This document shows, one piece after another, positions 39,011 to 52,127 of a stretch of 64,000 nucleotides of DNA. The notes beneath the pieces are model-generated. The model worked only from the letters and a program-made list of their open reading frames with translations. It did no database searches and was not told where the DNA came from. This stretch comes from Octopus sinensis (lineage: Eukaryota). The translations under genes and the position numbers were made by a program. Every line of letters begins with the position of its first letter. Positions within the stretch are counted from its first letter, which is position 1. The stretch spans positions 4,526,001 to 4,590,000 of the forward strand of contig NC_043001.1 in assembly GCF_006345805.1 (NCBI RefSeq). The letters are read 5' to 3'.

Positions 39011-40884
39011 GATGGTGATCATGACCTTGCTAATTATTTTGTTAAGGGTATTGATTATATTAATATTAATGAAGATTGTGTGTGCAATGATGTTAATAAA
39101 GCTGATTTCAAAATGGTGGTGATAACGCACATGTTCAATACGGCGGCAACGGCGCTTCTGCGGTTAGTACATTTCATGTTTCAGCTACAACCGCTGCTGT
39201 TATTCCTACTGAAGATGATGGTGATGATGATGATGAGGAAGATGATGGTCCCGTTGTTGTGGTGATGATGCCAACTACTTAGATGCCATTGATATTAATA
39301 TCTTCATCAGCAACTACTGAAGCCGTAGTGTACCGCAAACATTTTCCCGTGATATATATTAATGGAAGTTTGTATATCAATAGATTCGTCATTTATTAAA
39401 TGTAAGCAGCAGAGAAAAATCAAACGACTTTAGATGAAATAAATCCTGCATGGATATAGATTGAATTCAAATAGGAATCGAAGATCCAATTTGGCTCACT
39501 GTTAGCAGTTAAATACTGACAGTTAAAAGTTAGCATAGAAAACGTCAGCCTTTTCCTCGAAGTGATTATTTGTAAAGAAAAGATTCATAATAACAATGTT
39601 AGTTAAGTAAAATCTTTTCATGAATCACACATAATTGGCGATAATCCCAGTTTTCTAGCAGCTCTGGTGTTTACAGCATTAGGAATTGGACAGATATCTT
39701 TCTCCTAAATAACATTCGGTTTATTCATGTAAAGCTAAAAGTTTACGCTGTTCCAAATCAGAAGGATTTATACTGACAGTTATTTGACTGCGGCTTCCAC
39801 ATCATTAAGCAAATTGTACATATAAGTCTCTGTATAAGCTTGTTGTTCTTTTTTTTTGCTGGATGCTAAGAAGAGCAACAAATTTTCCCATAAATTATAC
39901 TCTAGTGGCTTAAAAGCAAAGACACACTGGATAAATTCACTGAATTAAAACAGAGTGACGTGGAGCCAGAGAAAAACAGCAGTACAATATGTAGAGCTGC
40001 GTGATTGTCTAAATTATGGAAAGCGTTTCTTTCATGAACAAAGGAACTTCGTGAAAGAGGTCAGAGAAATAATGTTCGCTGTTTGATGACTTTCACCATA
40101 AATATATAAATTGTGTTATACTTTAGCTGTGATACTTCATATTTCTAAATGTGCTTTAGAATCTATTATTTTCAGTATAAAAGGACACATATATCAAATT
40201 TTATATTTGAACAACAATAAGAAGAAAACAGAGATCCAAAGAAGTGGCGGCTATAAAGACAGCAGACATCGACTCACAAACCTAGTGTCTTCGGCTAAAA
40301 CACATTACAAGTTGGAGTTGTAGATATACTCTGCTTGAGAGACAGAAAGGATGAACACAGGGAAGGTGTCTTTGATCATCACCCAACTCGATATGGGACG
40401 ATGGAAGGATACACACAGCAGCACATCAAAGATAATGAAAAATATTTTGTGAACATTCTTTTTCTACGGCCAAAAGATTTTTTTTGCATAAATACCAGAA
40501 ACATAACAAACGTTCCTTTCTCTTCGAAGAAATATCTGACTCACAGAGATAATTAATTTCCCTGGTGTGCGAAAGAAATGATAAAAAGGAAATTGCTATG
40601 ACAGCAACTAGTTTCCTGGAAGCGTACACAGCGGCATCAAGTGCGATAAATAATTATGACGAATTTATGCATGGAAATTTACATGCGTGTATATGTATGC
40701 AAATATGCATATATTTTGTATATAATTACGTTTGCACACTTGTATATAAATACAGACAAAAATATTTATATGTATCTATATATATATATATATATGTGTG
40801 TGTATGTGTGTGTGCGTGTGTGTGTGTATCCATGTGTGTGTGTGTGCATATACATATATATAAGTAGATATTTATATGTATAGA

Positions 40885-41100
40885 TCAAAACAGTTTGATT
40901 GAAGTTGGTCGGTACTCTTGAGTTTCAAGTGTGATGCTAGTCGTCAACCATTTTGAATGAGAAAAATGAAAAAGTGTTTTTCCATTCGAGCCTACGCTCT
41001 TGAAAGAGAATAATAGAGATAATGAAATAATCTTGTAGATTTCAGCTGTCCAGTATGGCGATATCCTATCATTTTTGGTAATCGTTATTAAAGTCTTGAT
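40885..41100 (-). mobile_element. Degenerate H1-related repeat
   Basis: ttcgagcctacgctcttg...gagataatgaaa...gtagatttca; similar to 62500-62650. Confidence 0.5.
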
Positions 41101-41127
41101 AATATATGCATATATAATCAAAACTTA

Positions 41128-41149
41128 AATAATAATAATAATAATAATA

Positions 41150-41195
<46 letters not shown>
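41128..41195 (+). repeat. (AAT)n microsatellite
   Basis: Direct inspection. Confidence 0.95.
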
Positions 41196-41987
41196 CCTTG
41201 GAAAATTACACGTAGAAAGTTATGGAATAGAATCGGTCATTAATTTCATAGAGTCTATGCGTTTCAAAAGAGCTCGATCATATATGGTTATATGACATGT
41301 CATGCATAACATTCGGTAGAGTGTATAGAACTAGGCGCTAATTACACAGTCATATTCTATCTAGCATACAGTTCTTAATTTAAAAAGATGATTTCATTGT
41401 TCTTTTACATTAGTTCAGATACCAAACGCAACCTAAAGATATCTCGCATAACTTGTACAGGAGATATGGAAATATCTAAAAGAAATTCCTTTAGATATAT
41501 ATGAGGTCCCATTACTCTGTTCGGAAGAATTGTATTTTAGATGTGCGGCTGTATATGGTTAGACCGTGGTTCGATACTTTGGTCTGTTCTCACGTCTTCA
41601 CTTTTATGAATGAACGTTCGGTTATGGTTCTGCAGAGTAATCATCGGAAAACAACTACTTGTAAACCTTTAGGGAAGACAGTAGAATAAATTAGCAACCG
41701 AAGGGAAGAAACTCTGGCAAGTTTCCGGCATTTTTCTAAATGTAGCATGGAGGCGGCACATATTTTTAATATATATTTTTGTGTATATGCGGAGTTCAAG
41801 TAATGCTGTCTTAGGTTGTTGAACTGTTTATTGATCTATCATGATTGTTGTTTTATTGATCTATAATGCTTGTTGCTTTGTCTTCAGAAATTTTCTTATG
41901 GTTTCTTTTCTTTAATTTAAAATTCTATGATTATAAAGTGGATTATTGTGGAAAAATCTGTTCGGAAACCGATGTACGTATATATAT

Positions 41988-42061
<74 letters not shown>

Positions 42062-42121
42062 TGTGTGTGTGTGGTCTGTGTGTCTGTGTGTCTGTGTGTA
42101 TGTGCGTGTGTGTGTGTGTGT

Positions 42122-42177
<56 letters not shown>

Positions 42178-42182
42178 GTCTC

Positions 42183-42905
42183 TGTGTGTGTGTTTACAAG
42201 AAAATCAATAGGAAGCGTCGTATTGAAATCATATCTTACGGAAAAGGAGGCTGTCAGAATTTTGGATAATTCATTATTAGCTCTTTCATACATTCATGAG
42301 GATTTTAAAAAATAAATGTTCTTAAATGTTTCTTGGATTTATACAAGAGGAGAGTAAGAGAGATGAAAGAGAAACGAAGAAGGAATGGAAGGGAGGTGGA
42401 GAGGGGAGACGTAGAATGGAGATAGGACAGAAAAGCACATAGGGATAATATATGTTTAGTGGGATAACCTGTGAGGAACAGGTGACTAGCGACATAAGAA
42501 TTTCGTCGAGGCTGATTTTCCGTTTCATAACTTACGGGTTGGTAAATGGTACTAGTTGTACACTGGGTGTGATGTTATCACCAAAGCCCCTCCCGCCAAA
42601 AATGGTGGACTTCTGCCAAACTTTGTAATACATGTAAATGCTATAGCATGTCGCAATTAATATCTTAAATATTCATAGCATTCGTTATATGATTTCTCTC
42701 ACAATTACTGCCCATTGCCATAAAATGTATATATATATATATATGTCTGTGTGTGTGTGTTTACAAGAAAATCAATAGGAAGCGTCGTATTGAAATCATA
42801 TCTTACGGAAAAGGGGGCTGTCAGAATTTTGGATAATTCATTATTAGCTCTTTCATACATTCATGAGGATTTTAAAAAATAAATGTTCTTAAATGTTTCT
42901 TGGAT
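42183..42905 (+). repeat. About 156-bp direct repeat, offset 567 bp
   Basis: 42183-42338 matches 42750-42905 with one substitution. Confidence 0.92.
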
Positions 42906-43135
42906 GTTCTTAAATGTTCTTAAATGTCAGTACATGACAAAATATACCTGTATGTATATATACAGCGACATACGTACCTAACTGAGCAACAACTGAAAGT
43001 CACCTGGCCTTAATGTACCACAGAATAGATGTGTCTTCAAGTGCATATATATATATATATACATATACATACATATACACCTGTATACACACACACACAT
43101 ACATACATGCATGTATGCATATGTATGTTTGTATT

Positions 43136-43178
<43 letters not shown>

Positions 43179-43554
43179 TGTTGCTTATGAATGTGTTTGT
43201 ATACATATATGTGTGTGTTTGTACATATATATTTGTATATAATTTTAGGTATACACATATACCATCAGCTTTGTTTTTATATATCAATGCCTATGTATCA
43301 CGCATGAATTATATATATATATATATTTGTAACCACGTGTTTGCCTACAAACCCGTAAGTACGTTTTCATTTAACTACAAATTGTTATATACAACTGTTT
43401 TTCTTTTAATATCCTCAAACAACCAAATAATCAAAAACTCACACCCTTAAGAGAGAACATTTATATATATATATATATACACTTCTTTAACTCCCAAGAA
43501 AGAATATATATATTTTCAAAAATCAAAAGGAAAACAAACAAAAGAAAAACAAAC

Positions 43555-44776
43555 ATGACTAATTTGCAGGCCTGCAACAGACGAAATTGGTCTGATAACG
43601 AAATTGATGTTTTAATAAACACATGGCTCTCTCTTTCCCAAACAGAAAATCTAAATGTCTTGTGTTTGAATGAGATTGCCGAAAAACATCACAAGTGGTC
43701 AACACACGATCCGTCAAACAGATTCGTAGCAAGTTGAAACATATCGAAGTATCTTTCAAACTGATAAGAGGCCATTATGAAAAGCTTCTACAATTTTCAC
43801 AGTTCAAGAACAACAACAGCTAGAAAATCAGCAGCCACAACAACAACAACAACTGAATGAGCCACTCCTGGTTCGCAGCACAATGGCTGACCCTGACATC
43901 GGTCAGGCACAAAACAACAACAACAGCCACCACAGCAACAAGAACAACAAAGCCACTCCTCAACTCTAGCTTACTAGACGATTCACTAAATGCCAGTATC
44001 TTTTCACCGCTCTCACAGCACCACCACAATTATCATCATCATCATCACCACCGCTGCCACCATCGTCTTCTATCACCAAAAATACCGACAGAAAACCAAT
44101 AAGAACCACTGCCTCTTCCCCACATCACCACCTCAATACTACTGCAAGTAACAAAAACTTAAAGAAACATAGGAAGCAGAATGCGCCCCCCACGGCACAA
44201 ACAAGAAATCCCCAAATATGCCGCTATTCACTGCGCCAGAGACTCTGCACCAATAGTGACTGCATCTTCACGCATCTACCCCGCACTAGACGCACTACCG
44301 GCCAAGGCCAAAGCACGCATCCCACAATAACATCAACACCACCAAATAGTAAATCGAAATTCAAAACACACACACAACTCGGAGTCCCAAAATCTGCCGG
44401 TATTCCCACGTGAGAGAACATGTCTACTGAGTGACTGTCCCTTCACTCATCTTCCAGGGACCCGACGCACAAACAGAAACGGGGCCTCAAGCCAACACAC
44501 AAACCTGAATAAAAATAAAAATAGAAACACACCATGCTGCAGTAATGCTGTCCAGTCTTTTCAGGAAGACACAAAACAACAACAACAAAAGTGGAAACTA
44601 CAACCCTATCCAACAGTGCAACCACACCTCCAGCCAAAAACTGCTCCCTAAGCAGGAAATTATTTTTTAGCCATGTTGACATGGCAAAAGAGATACACAA
44701 AAACATTCTAGCCATCACTCAACACCATCCTATGCTATTACCCCAGTGCACCAATTCCCCACATTGCTGCCACTAA
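43555..44776 (+). pseudogene. LINE ORF1 remnant: Myb/SANT-like trihelix, low-complexity linker, two CCCH zinc fingers
   Basis: RRNWSDNEIDVLINTW...NEIAEK then, after a frameshift, TRSVKQIRSKLKHIEVSFK; C-x8-C-x4-C-x3-H at 44219-44275 and 44395-44450 (the second with a 1-nt deletion). Confidence 0.65.
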
Positions 44777-47761
44777 CACACACAAAAAATCCAAGCCCCC
44801 TGCAACAGTCAAAACCAGCCACTACACTAACCTCCACATTCCTACTCAATGCACAAGGTGTCAGCCCTTCCATCAATGCACAAAAATGGAAGGTCCAATT
44901 CATTGAAGACTGGGTTGGTAACCATTCACACCACATCCCTTTCTTCATTCTCACTGAGACCCACCTTGACAACTCCCACTTGGAAGCCGAAGTGAGAGTG
45001 AAGAATTTCACAACCATCCGCGCGGATCGTATCGTCAGGAGGAAGGGTGGAACTGCCATTTTCCTGCATGATTCATTTACGGCAGATGGAAATAGTATAT
45101 TCTCCAATGGCTACTGTGAATCAGTCACCGTGCACAACAAAGCCAATGACCTGACAGTAATTGGGCTCTATAAGCCGCCCCAAACACCCATACTGTGCTT
45201 TAAAGAATGCCTCAACAGCATTAAGTGCTTTATTCAACAGTGCCATTCTAGCAACATACTCATGATGGGAGACTTCAATCTACCCTGTGTTGACTGGACT
45301 ACAAACTGTTTGAAACCAAGCACTCCCGCCTCAACCGCTGACAAAGAAGCAGCAGAGTCACTTTTCGACTTTACGAATGAGTTTTTCTTGTCCCAACTTG
45401 TCCTTGCACCAACAAGACATCAGAACATTTTGGACCTAGTGTTTAGTAACCACACTAACACTATACATAACGTTACAGCGGAAAAAACCCTTCTTTCAGA
45501 CCATGATATGGTTCTCTGTAACAGGAAATTCCACCAGCCGAAAGCTAATCCTAGTGACCTTCCTCCAGCCCACCCATTTGACAACATGGATCTCCATAAA
45601 GCCAACTGGGATGCAATCAGGAACGAGCTATCAAATGTTGACTGGTCCTTTACACATACACACATCTCCACCAACCATAAAACATCTTGGCAGATCTTTG
45701 TAGACACCGTCACAGACATATGTGCAAAACACTCCCCACCAAGACCTGTGAACAAAAAGTGCAGAATCCCCCAAAACAGAAAAACCATTATCAGAAAAAT
45801 AAAAAGAACAAACAAAAAAATTAACAAACTAAAGTACTGCCAACAGCAACACACACATTCGACGGCTATCGCACTGCTTGAATCCAAAAAATATAACCTC
45901 CAACAATGCATGAAGACCCTCATCAATAACCAAAGATCAGCTGAGGAGAAGTGGGCCATTGAAAAAATCAAACTCAACCCCAAAGTGTTCTTTTCATTTG
46001 CGAGGAAACGCAGGGTCACTGTCTCCACTGTAGGCCCTCTAATTGACGAAACTGGCACTCTCCAAGATAATGCCAAATCCATGGCCGAGATACTGCAGAA
46101 ACAATACTGCTCTGTTTTCAGCAATCCTGATATGGCCGATCTGGGCTGTATCAGTGATGTCAACCCCCAACACACTATATCGGACATAACGTTTAGTGCC
46201 CCTGATGTCTTAGCGGCGATAAACGAAATAAAACACAATTCAGCAGTAGGCCCCGATAGGTTCCCTGCTTGTGTCCTGAAGGTGTGTCGACACCAACTTG
46301 CATCTCCCCTTGCTAATCTGTGGAGAAACTCACTGGATGCTGGCTATATTCCAAAAAACCTTCTGTCCCAGTCTGTTGTCCCAGTTTTCAAAAAGGGAAA
46401 CAAGTCCCTTGCAGTGAATTACCGTCCGATCTCACTCACCTCTCATACCATAAAGGTATTTGAGAGGGTGGTGAGATCTCGAATAACCCAATTTCTGGAA
46501 AGCAACAGACGGGTTCCGTAATGGAAGGGACTGCCTAACGCAGCTCCTGCATCACTTTGAGGACATTTTGAGAGCTTTGGGAGAGGGCTCCAACACCGAT
46601 GTCATCTACCTTGATTTCAGTAAGGCCTTCGACAGGGTCGATCACAAGATCCTATTGAAAAAACTATCCAACATTGGTGTCTCTGGAAAGTTACTGAAAT
46701 GGATTAAGTGTTTCCTGACAGACAGATCTCAACATGTTGTAGTTGAAGGGGTAAAATTAAGCCCAGCCAAAGTCAGTAGTGGCGTTCCGCAAGGCACTGT
46801 GCTGGGCCCACTTCTTTTCATCATTTACATTAATGACATTAATGACATCATCAAGCACAGCAACATAAAAATCTTTGCAGATGACTCCAAGCTACAGAAG
46901 GTCATAAATGAGGCGAGTGACCGGACATGCCTTCAGTCAGATCTACTGGCTGTTATCCAATGGGCAGAAAAAAACAATATGCTGCTGAACGAGGATAAAT
47001 TTGAGCTAATCCACTTTGGAAAAGAGGATGCCCTGAAACTCCCATACTCCCTTCCTTCAGGTGAAACTCTCGCGGCGTCCAACAACATCAGAGACTTGGG
47101 AGTAATTGTGGACAACAACGTAAGCTGGGCCACTCATATAAACACCAAAGTTGACATGGCCCGCAGAATGTGTTCCTGGATTCTCAGAACTTTCCAGTCG
47201 AGAGATATCCACACTATTATCCTTCTCTTCTCCACTTTTGCCCGACCCCACCTTGAATACTGTTGTCCACTGTGGTCTCCCCACACAATACAAGGTATCA
47301 TAAAAGTTGAAGCACCTCAAAGGGCAATCACAAAAAAGATAGATGGCATGACAGGCCTCGACTATTGGGATCGGCTAGAAAAGCTAAAACTCTATTCTCA
47401 CCAACGTCGTCGTGAGCGCTACATCATCTGCATGATGTGGAAAATATTCCATCAGCATTGCCCAAATGATGTTGGCATCACCTTTAAGGTACATCCAAGG
47501 TTTGGGCCCCGTGCCATCCGCCCAAAACAAAAATCGCACTCTCATCTCATAACAACAATACGGCACAATTATTTCACCTCAATTGGCCCCGCTCTCTTTA
47601 ACATTACACCAAAACACATTAAAACAGAAACTGACCCTATAGGGTTCAAGAAGTCTTTGGACAGATTCCTTCAAGAAATCCCGGATAAACCCCCTACACC
47701 CGGATATGTCTCTGTAAACAATAACTCTCTACTTGAGTGGGCCATAGTGCCCAAATTCTGA
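44746..47761 (+). pseudogene. LINE ORF2 (AP endonuclease plus reverse transcriptase), one frameshifting deletion near 46510
   Basis: LTETHL, MGDFNLP, LDLVF and SDHDMV (APE); YRPISLTS, GFRNGRDCLTQL, YLDFSKAFD, SGVPQGTVLGPLLF and FADD (RT); open frames 44746-46521 and 46511-47761. Confidence 0.96.
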
Positions 47762-47882
47762 CTTGAAAGACTTCACCAGGTGGTGCTATTAAGTTAGACA
47801 TGGCCTGGGCCAATAATGGCCGAAACCTATCAAAGTATCAAAGTATCAAAGTATACATACATATATATATATATATTATATA

Positions 47883-47938
<56 letters not shown>

Positions 47939-48002
47939 GTATATATGTATATATATGTATATATATATGTATATGCATGTATATATATGTATATATATAT
48001 AT

Positions 48003-48979
48003 ATAACTTAGAATAACTTAGAATAACTTAGAAAGGTTTTTGGCCAGTATTGGCCCAGGCCATGTCTAACTTAATAGCACCACCTGGCGAAGTCTTTCAG
48101 TTCAGGATTTGGGGACCAAGGCCCATTCGAGCAGAGAGTTATTGTTTGCGGAGACATATCCGGGTGTGGGTGGTTTGTCCGGTACTGTTTGAAGGAATTT
48201 GTCCAAAGACTTCTTGAATTTTGTGTGGTCAGTTTCTTTTTTGACGTGTCCTGGTGTAATGTTGAAGAGAGCGGGTCCAATTGAGGTGAAACAGTTGTGC
48301 CGTATTGTCGTTATGTGATGCGATTTAGATTTTTGTTGTGGACGGATGGCACGTGGTCCAAGCCTTGGATGCATTTTGAAGGTGATGCCAACATCATTCG
48401 GACAGTGCTGATGGAATATTTTCCACATCATACAGATAATGTAGCGTTCACGGCGTCGTTGGAGTGAATACAATTTCAGCTTCTCTAGTCTACCCCAGTA
48501 GTCAAGGTCTGACATGCCATCTATCTTTTTTGTGATTGACCTTTGGGGAGCTTCAATTCTCATAATATTTTGTTTTGTGTAGGGAGACCACAGTGGACAG
48601 CAGTATTCAAGGTGGGGTCGGGCAAAAGTGGAGAAGAGAAGGATAATAGCGTGGGAATCTCTCGACTGGAAGGTTCTGAGAATCCAGGAACACATTCTGC
48701 GGGCATGTCAACTTTGCTGCTATATGTGTAGCCCAGCTTATGTTGTTGTCCACTGTTACTCCCAGGTCTCTGATGTTGTTGGTAGGCCATGAGAATTTCT
48801 CCAGAAGGAAGAGAGTATGGGAGTTTCAGAGCGTCCTCCCTTCCAAAGTGGATCAGTTCGAATTTGTCTTCATTTAGCAACATGTTATTCTTTTCCGCCC
48901 ATTGGACAACAGCCAGTAGGTCTGACTGAAGGTTTATTCGGTCATCCACGCCATTGATGACCTTCTGGAGCTTGGAATG
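48003..48979 (-). mobile_element. CR1/L2-group LINE 3' fragment, tail-to-tail with the upstream LINE
   Basis: KLQKVINGVDDRINLQSDLL...ARPHLEYCCPLWSP...LLEWALVPKS; (TTCTAAGTTA)x3 tail; a small frameshift near 48700-48780. Confidence 0.93.
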
Positions 48980-48985
48980 TATGTC

Positions 48986-49016
<31 letters not shown>

Positions 49017-49214
49017 ATATATGTATATATATATGTATATGCATGTATATATATGTATATATACGTATGTCCCATTTGAACCTACTTCACGGCAAGAGGT
49101 GCAAATGAGAGTAGCTGTATCAAACTCCATTTTCACCAAGTGCCACATATTAAACAAGGTTCGTCGTTATAACACTGTAGCAAAAAACGGCGGTGCATCA
49201 GCTCTGAGCTGAAA

Positions 49215-49221
49215 CTAGAAA

Positions 49222-49295
<74 letters not shown>

Positions 49296-49613
49296 TATAT
49301 GTATATGGTATATATATATATATATGTGTATATATGTATAAGTATATGTATATATATATATATATATGTATATGTATATATATATATGTATATGTATATA
49401 TATGTCTGTATATATGTATATATATATATACATATGTATATATGTATATGCATATATATATATATATATAGTATATGTATATATATATATGTATGTGTAT
49501 ATATATGCATATGTATATATATATGTACATGTATGTATCTATATGTATATATATATATAATATGTATATGTATATATATATATGTATATGTATATATATA
49601 TGTATATGTATAA

Positions 49614-49644
<31 letters not shown>

Positions 49645-49666
49645 GTATATATATATATGTATATAT
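49215..49666. repeat. Compound (TA)n/(TATG)n microsatellite
   Basis: Direct inspection. Confidence 0.95.
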
Positions 49667-50076
49667 GCTTTTTACTCTTTTACTTGTTTCAGTCATTCAC
49701 GGCGGCCATGCTGAAACACCGCCTTTAATCGAGCAACTCGACCCATAGACTTATTCTTTTGTAATCCCAGTACTTATTCTATCGGTCTCTTTTGCCGAAC
49801 CGCTAAGTAACTGGACATAAATACACCAGCATCAGTTGTGAAGCAATGCTAGGGGGACAAACACAGACACACAAACACACACACATACATATACACATAG
49901 ATATACATATATACGACGGGCTTCTTTCAGTTTCCGTCTACCAAATCCACTAACGAGGCTTTGGTCGCCCCAAGGTTATAATAGAAAACACTTGCTCAAG
50001 AAGCCACGCAGTGGGACTGAACGCGAAGCCATGTTGTTCGTAAACATGCTACTTACCACACAGCAACTCCTGCGCC
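49667..50076 (-). mobile_element. SINE family A, complete copy
   Basis: Head ggcgcaggagttgctgtgtggtaagtag...cgttcagtcccactgcg on the minus strand; tail (aaaagagt)n. Confidence 0.92.
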
Positions 50077-50210
50077 TATATATATATTATATATGTATAT
50101 ATATGTATGTGTATATATATGCATATGTATATATATATGTACATGTATGTATCTATATGTATATATATATATATATATTATGTATATGTATATAATATAT
50201 GTATATGTAT

Positions 50211-50244
<34 letters not shown>

Positions 50245-50282
50245 ATATGTATATGTATATGTATATATATATATGTATATAT

Positions 50283-50693
50283 GCTTTTTACTCTTTTACT
50301 TGTTTCAGTCATTCACGGCGGCCATGCTGAAACACCGCCTTTAATCGAGCAACTCGACCCATAGACTTATTCTTTTGTAATCCCAGTACTTATTCTATCG
50401 GTCTCTTTTGCCGAACCGCTAAGTAACTGGGACATAAATACACCAGCATCAGTTGTGAAGCAATGCTAGGGGGACAAACACAGACACACAAACACACACA
50501 CATACATATACACATAGATATACATATATACGACGGGCTTCTTTCAGTTTCCGTCTACCAAATCCACTAACGAGGCTTTGGTCGCCCCAAGGTTATAATA
50601 GAAAACACTTGCTCAAGAAGCCACGCAGTGGGACTGAACGCGAAGCCATGTTGTTCGTAAACATGCTACTTACCACACAGCAACTCCTGCGCC
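50283..50693 (-). mobile_element. SINE family A, tandem duplicate of 49667-50076
   Basis: Identical by eye except one G homopolymer indel; offset 616-617. Confidence 0.9.
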
Positions 50694-50783
50694 TATATAT
50701 ATATATATATATGTATATATATGTATATGCATATATATATGTATATACGTATATATATGTGTATATATATGTATATATATATG

Positions 50784-50821
<38 letters not shown>

Positions 50822-50950
50822 TATATATATATGTATATATATATGTATGTATATATATGTATATATTATATATATGTATATATATATATATGTATATATA
50901 TATACATACATATATATATATAATATATATATACATACATATATATACAT

Positions 50951-50990
<40 letters not shown>

Positions 50991-50995
<5 letters not shown>

Positions 50996-52127
50996 ATTCC
51001 CATTTATAGATGCAGGTTTATATAGGGATGACGGCCTTATAGCCACGCATAATCTAAACGGCCATGAATCAGATAGACTTAGGAAGGACCTTATAGCTTT
51101 CTTTCAAAGGATGGGCTTACGGATTACGATAGATGCTAACCTGAATAGTGTAGATTTTTTAGACGTAAATTTTAATGTAAGATCGGATAGATTTAAACCT
51201 TTCCGTAAGCCCAATGAAAAGCTATCGTATATTAGCAAATATTCGAACCATCCCCCAGTTATCCTTAGCAACTTAGTCAGCAATGTAGGTAGAAGAATAT
51301 CTTCAATTTCTTCGGACGAGGCAGCATTCCATAATGCTGCACCTTATTACGATAGCGCATTAAAGAATAGTGGATTCTCGGAGAAGATCCAGTTCAACCA
51401 GCTTAATGCTAATAATAATGCTGCACGAAGAACTAGGACCAGGAAAGTTTTGTGGTTCAACCCGGCTTTCAATTTGGCCGTAAAGACTAATATAGGTAAG
51501 GAATTTTTGAGATTAGTCTCTAAGCATTTTAAGCAGGGTCATAAATTGTACAGAATATTTAATAGAAGAACCCTGAAGGTTAGCTATACTTGTTTCAGAA
51601 ATTTCGCCTCTTACATTAGCCAACATAACAGGAAGCTAATTGAGATTAGACATGGTGCCGAGCCCATTAAGAAATGTAATTTCAAAAACGAAAGCTCCTG
51701 TCCGTTAGAAGGGAAATGTCTAGTGAAAGGAGTAGTTTATAGAGCCAAGGTGCAAGTGGAAGGCTCATCGGAATACAAGACATACACAGGGGCTTCAGAA
51801 AATTCATTTAAAACAAAATTTTATTCTCATAAAAATTCTTTTAAATACCCAGAGAATAGGAAGAAAACCAGCCTAGCAAAATTTGACTGGGAACTAAAAG
51901 AAAAGGAAGCCCCACCTTTCAACGTGACATGGAACATTCTGGACAGGGCGGCACCATACAGGCATGGAGCTTACAAATATAATTTCAAGTGCAGACTTTG
52001 CCTATTAGAAAAAATGCACATCTTATTCAAAGACAATAATTCTTTGAATCAAAGAAGTGAGTTAATGAACTTATGTAGGCACGCGGCTAAATTTAAAATG
52101 TCGAATATAAATATACCATATGGATAG
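50991..52127 (+). CDS. PLE polyprotein, partial (RT C-terminal half plus GIY-YIG endonuclease)
   Basis: The frame is open upstream of the listed ATG: GLYRDDGL (RT YxDD at 51021-51032), [46 protein letters not shown]. Confidence 0.9.

Larger units (their letters stand above)
43440..47854 (+). mobile_element. Near full-length CR1/L2-group LINE
   Basis: ORF1 remnant, APE-RT ORF2, 3' UTR hairpin and (ATCAAAGT)x3 tail; the 5' boundary is approximate. Confidence 0.9.

Noticed and set aside
38573-39265. 230-aa ORF and the antisense poly-His ORF
   Set aside because: Translation of a (GAT)n microsatellite; no domain or splice support.
45420-46238. 272-aa antisense ORF within LINE ORF2
   Set aside because: Antisense shadow of a strand-biased coding region; no independent motif.
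49060-49215. Unique 150-bp island between microsatellites with CTGATGC on the minus strand
   Set aside because: Core spacing is wrong and GAAA is absent; cannot assign it.
49009-51046. Many YI/CV-repeat ORFs here and elsewhere in the track
   Set aside because: (TA)n and (TG)n lack stop codons in some frames; artefactual.
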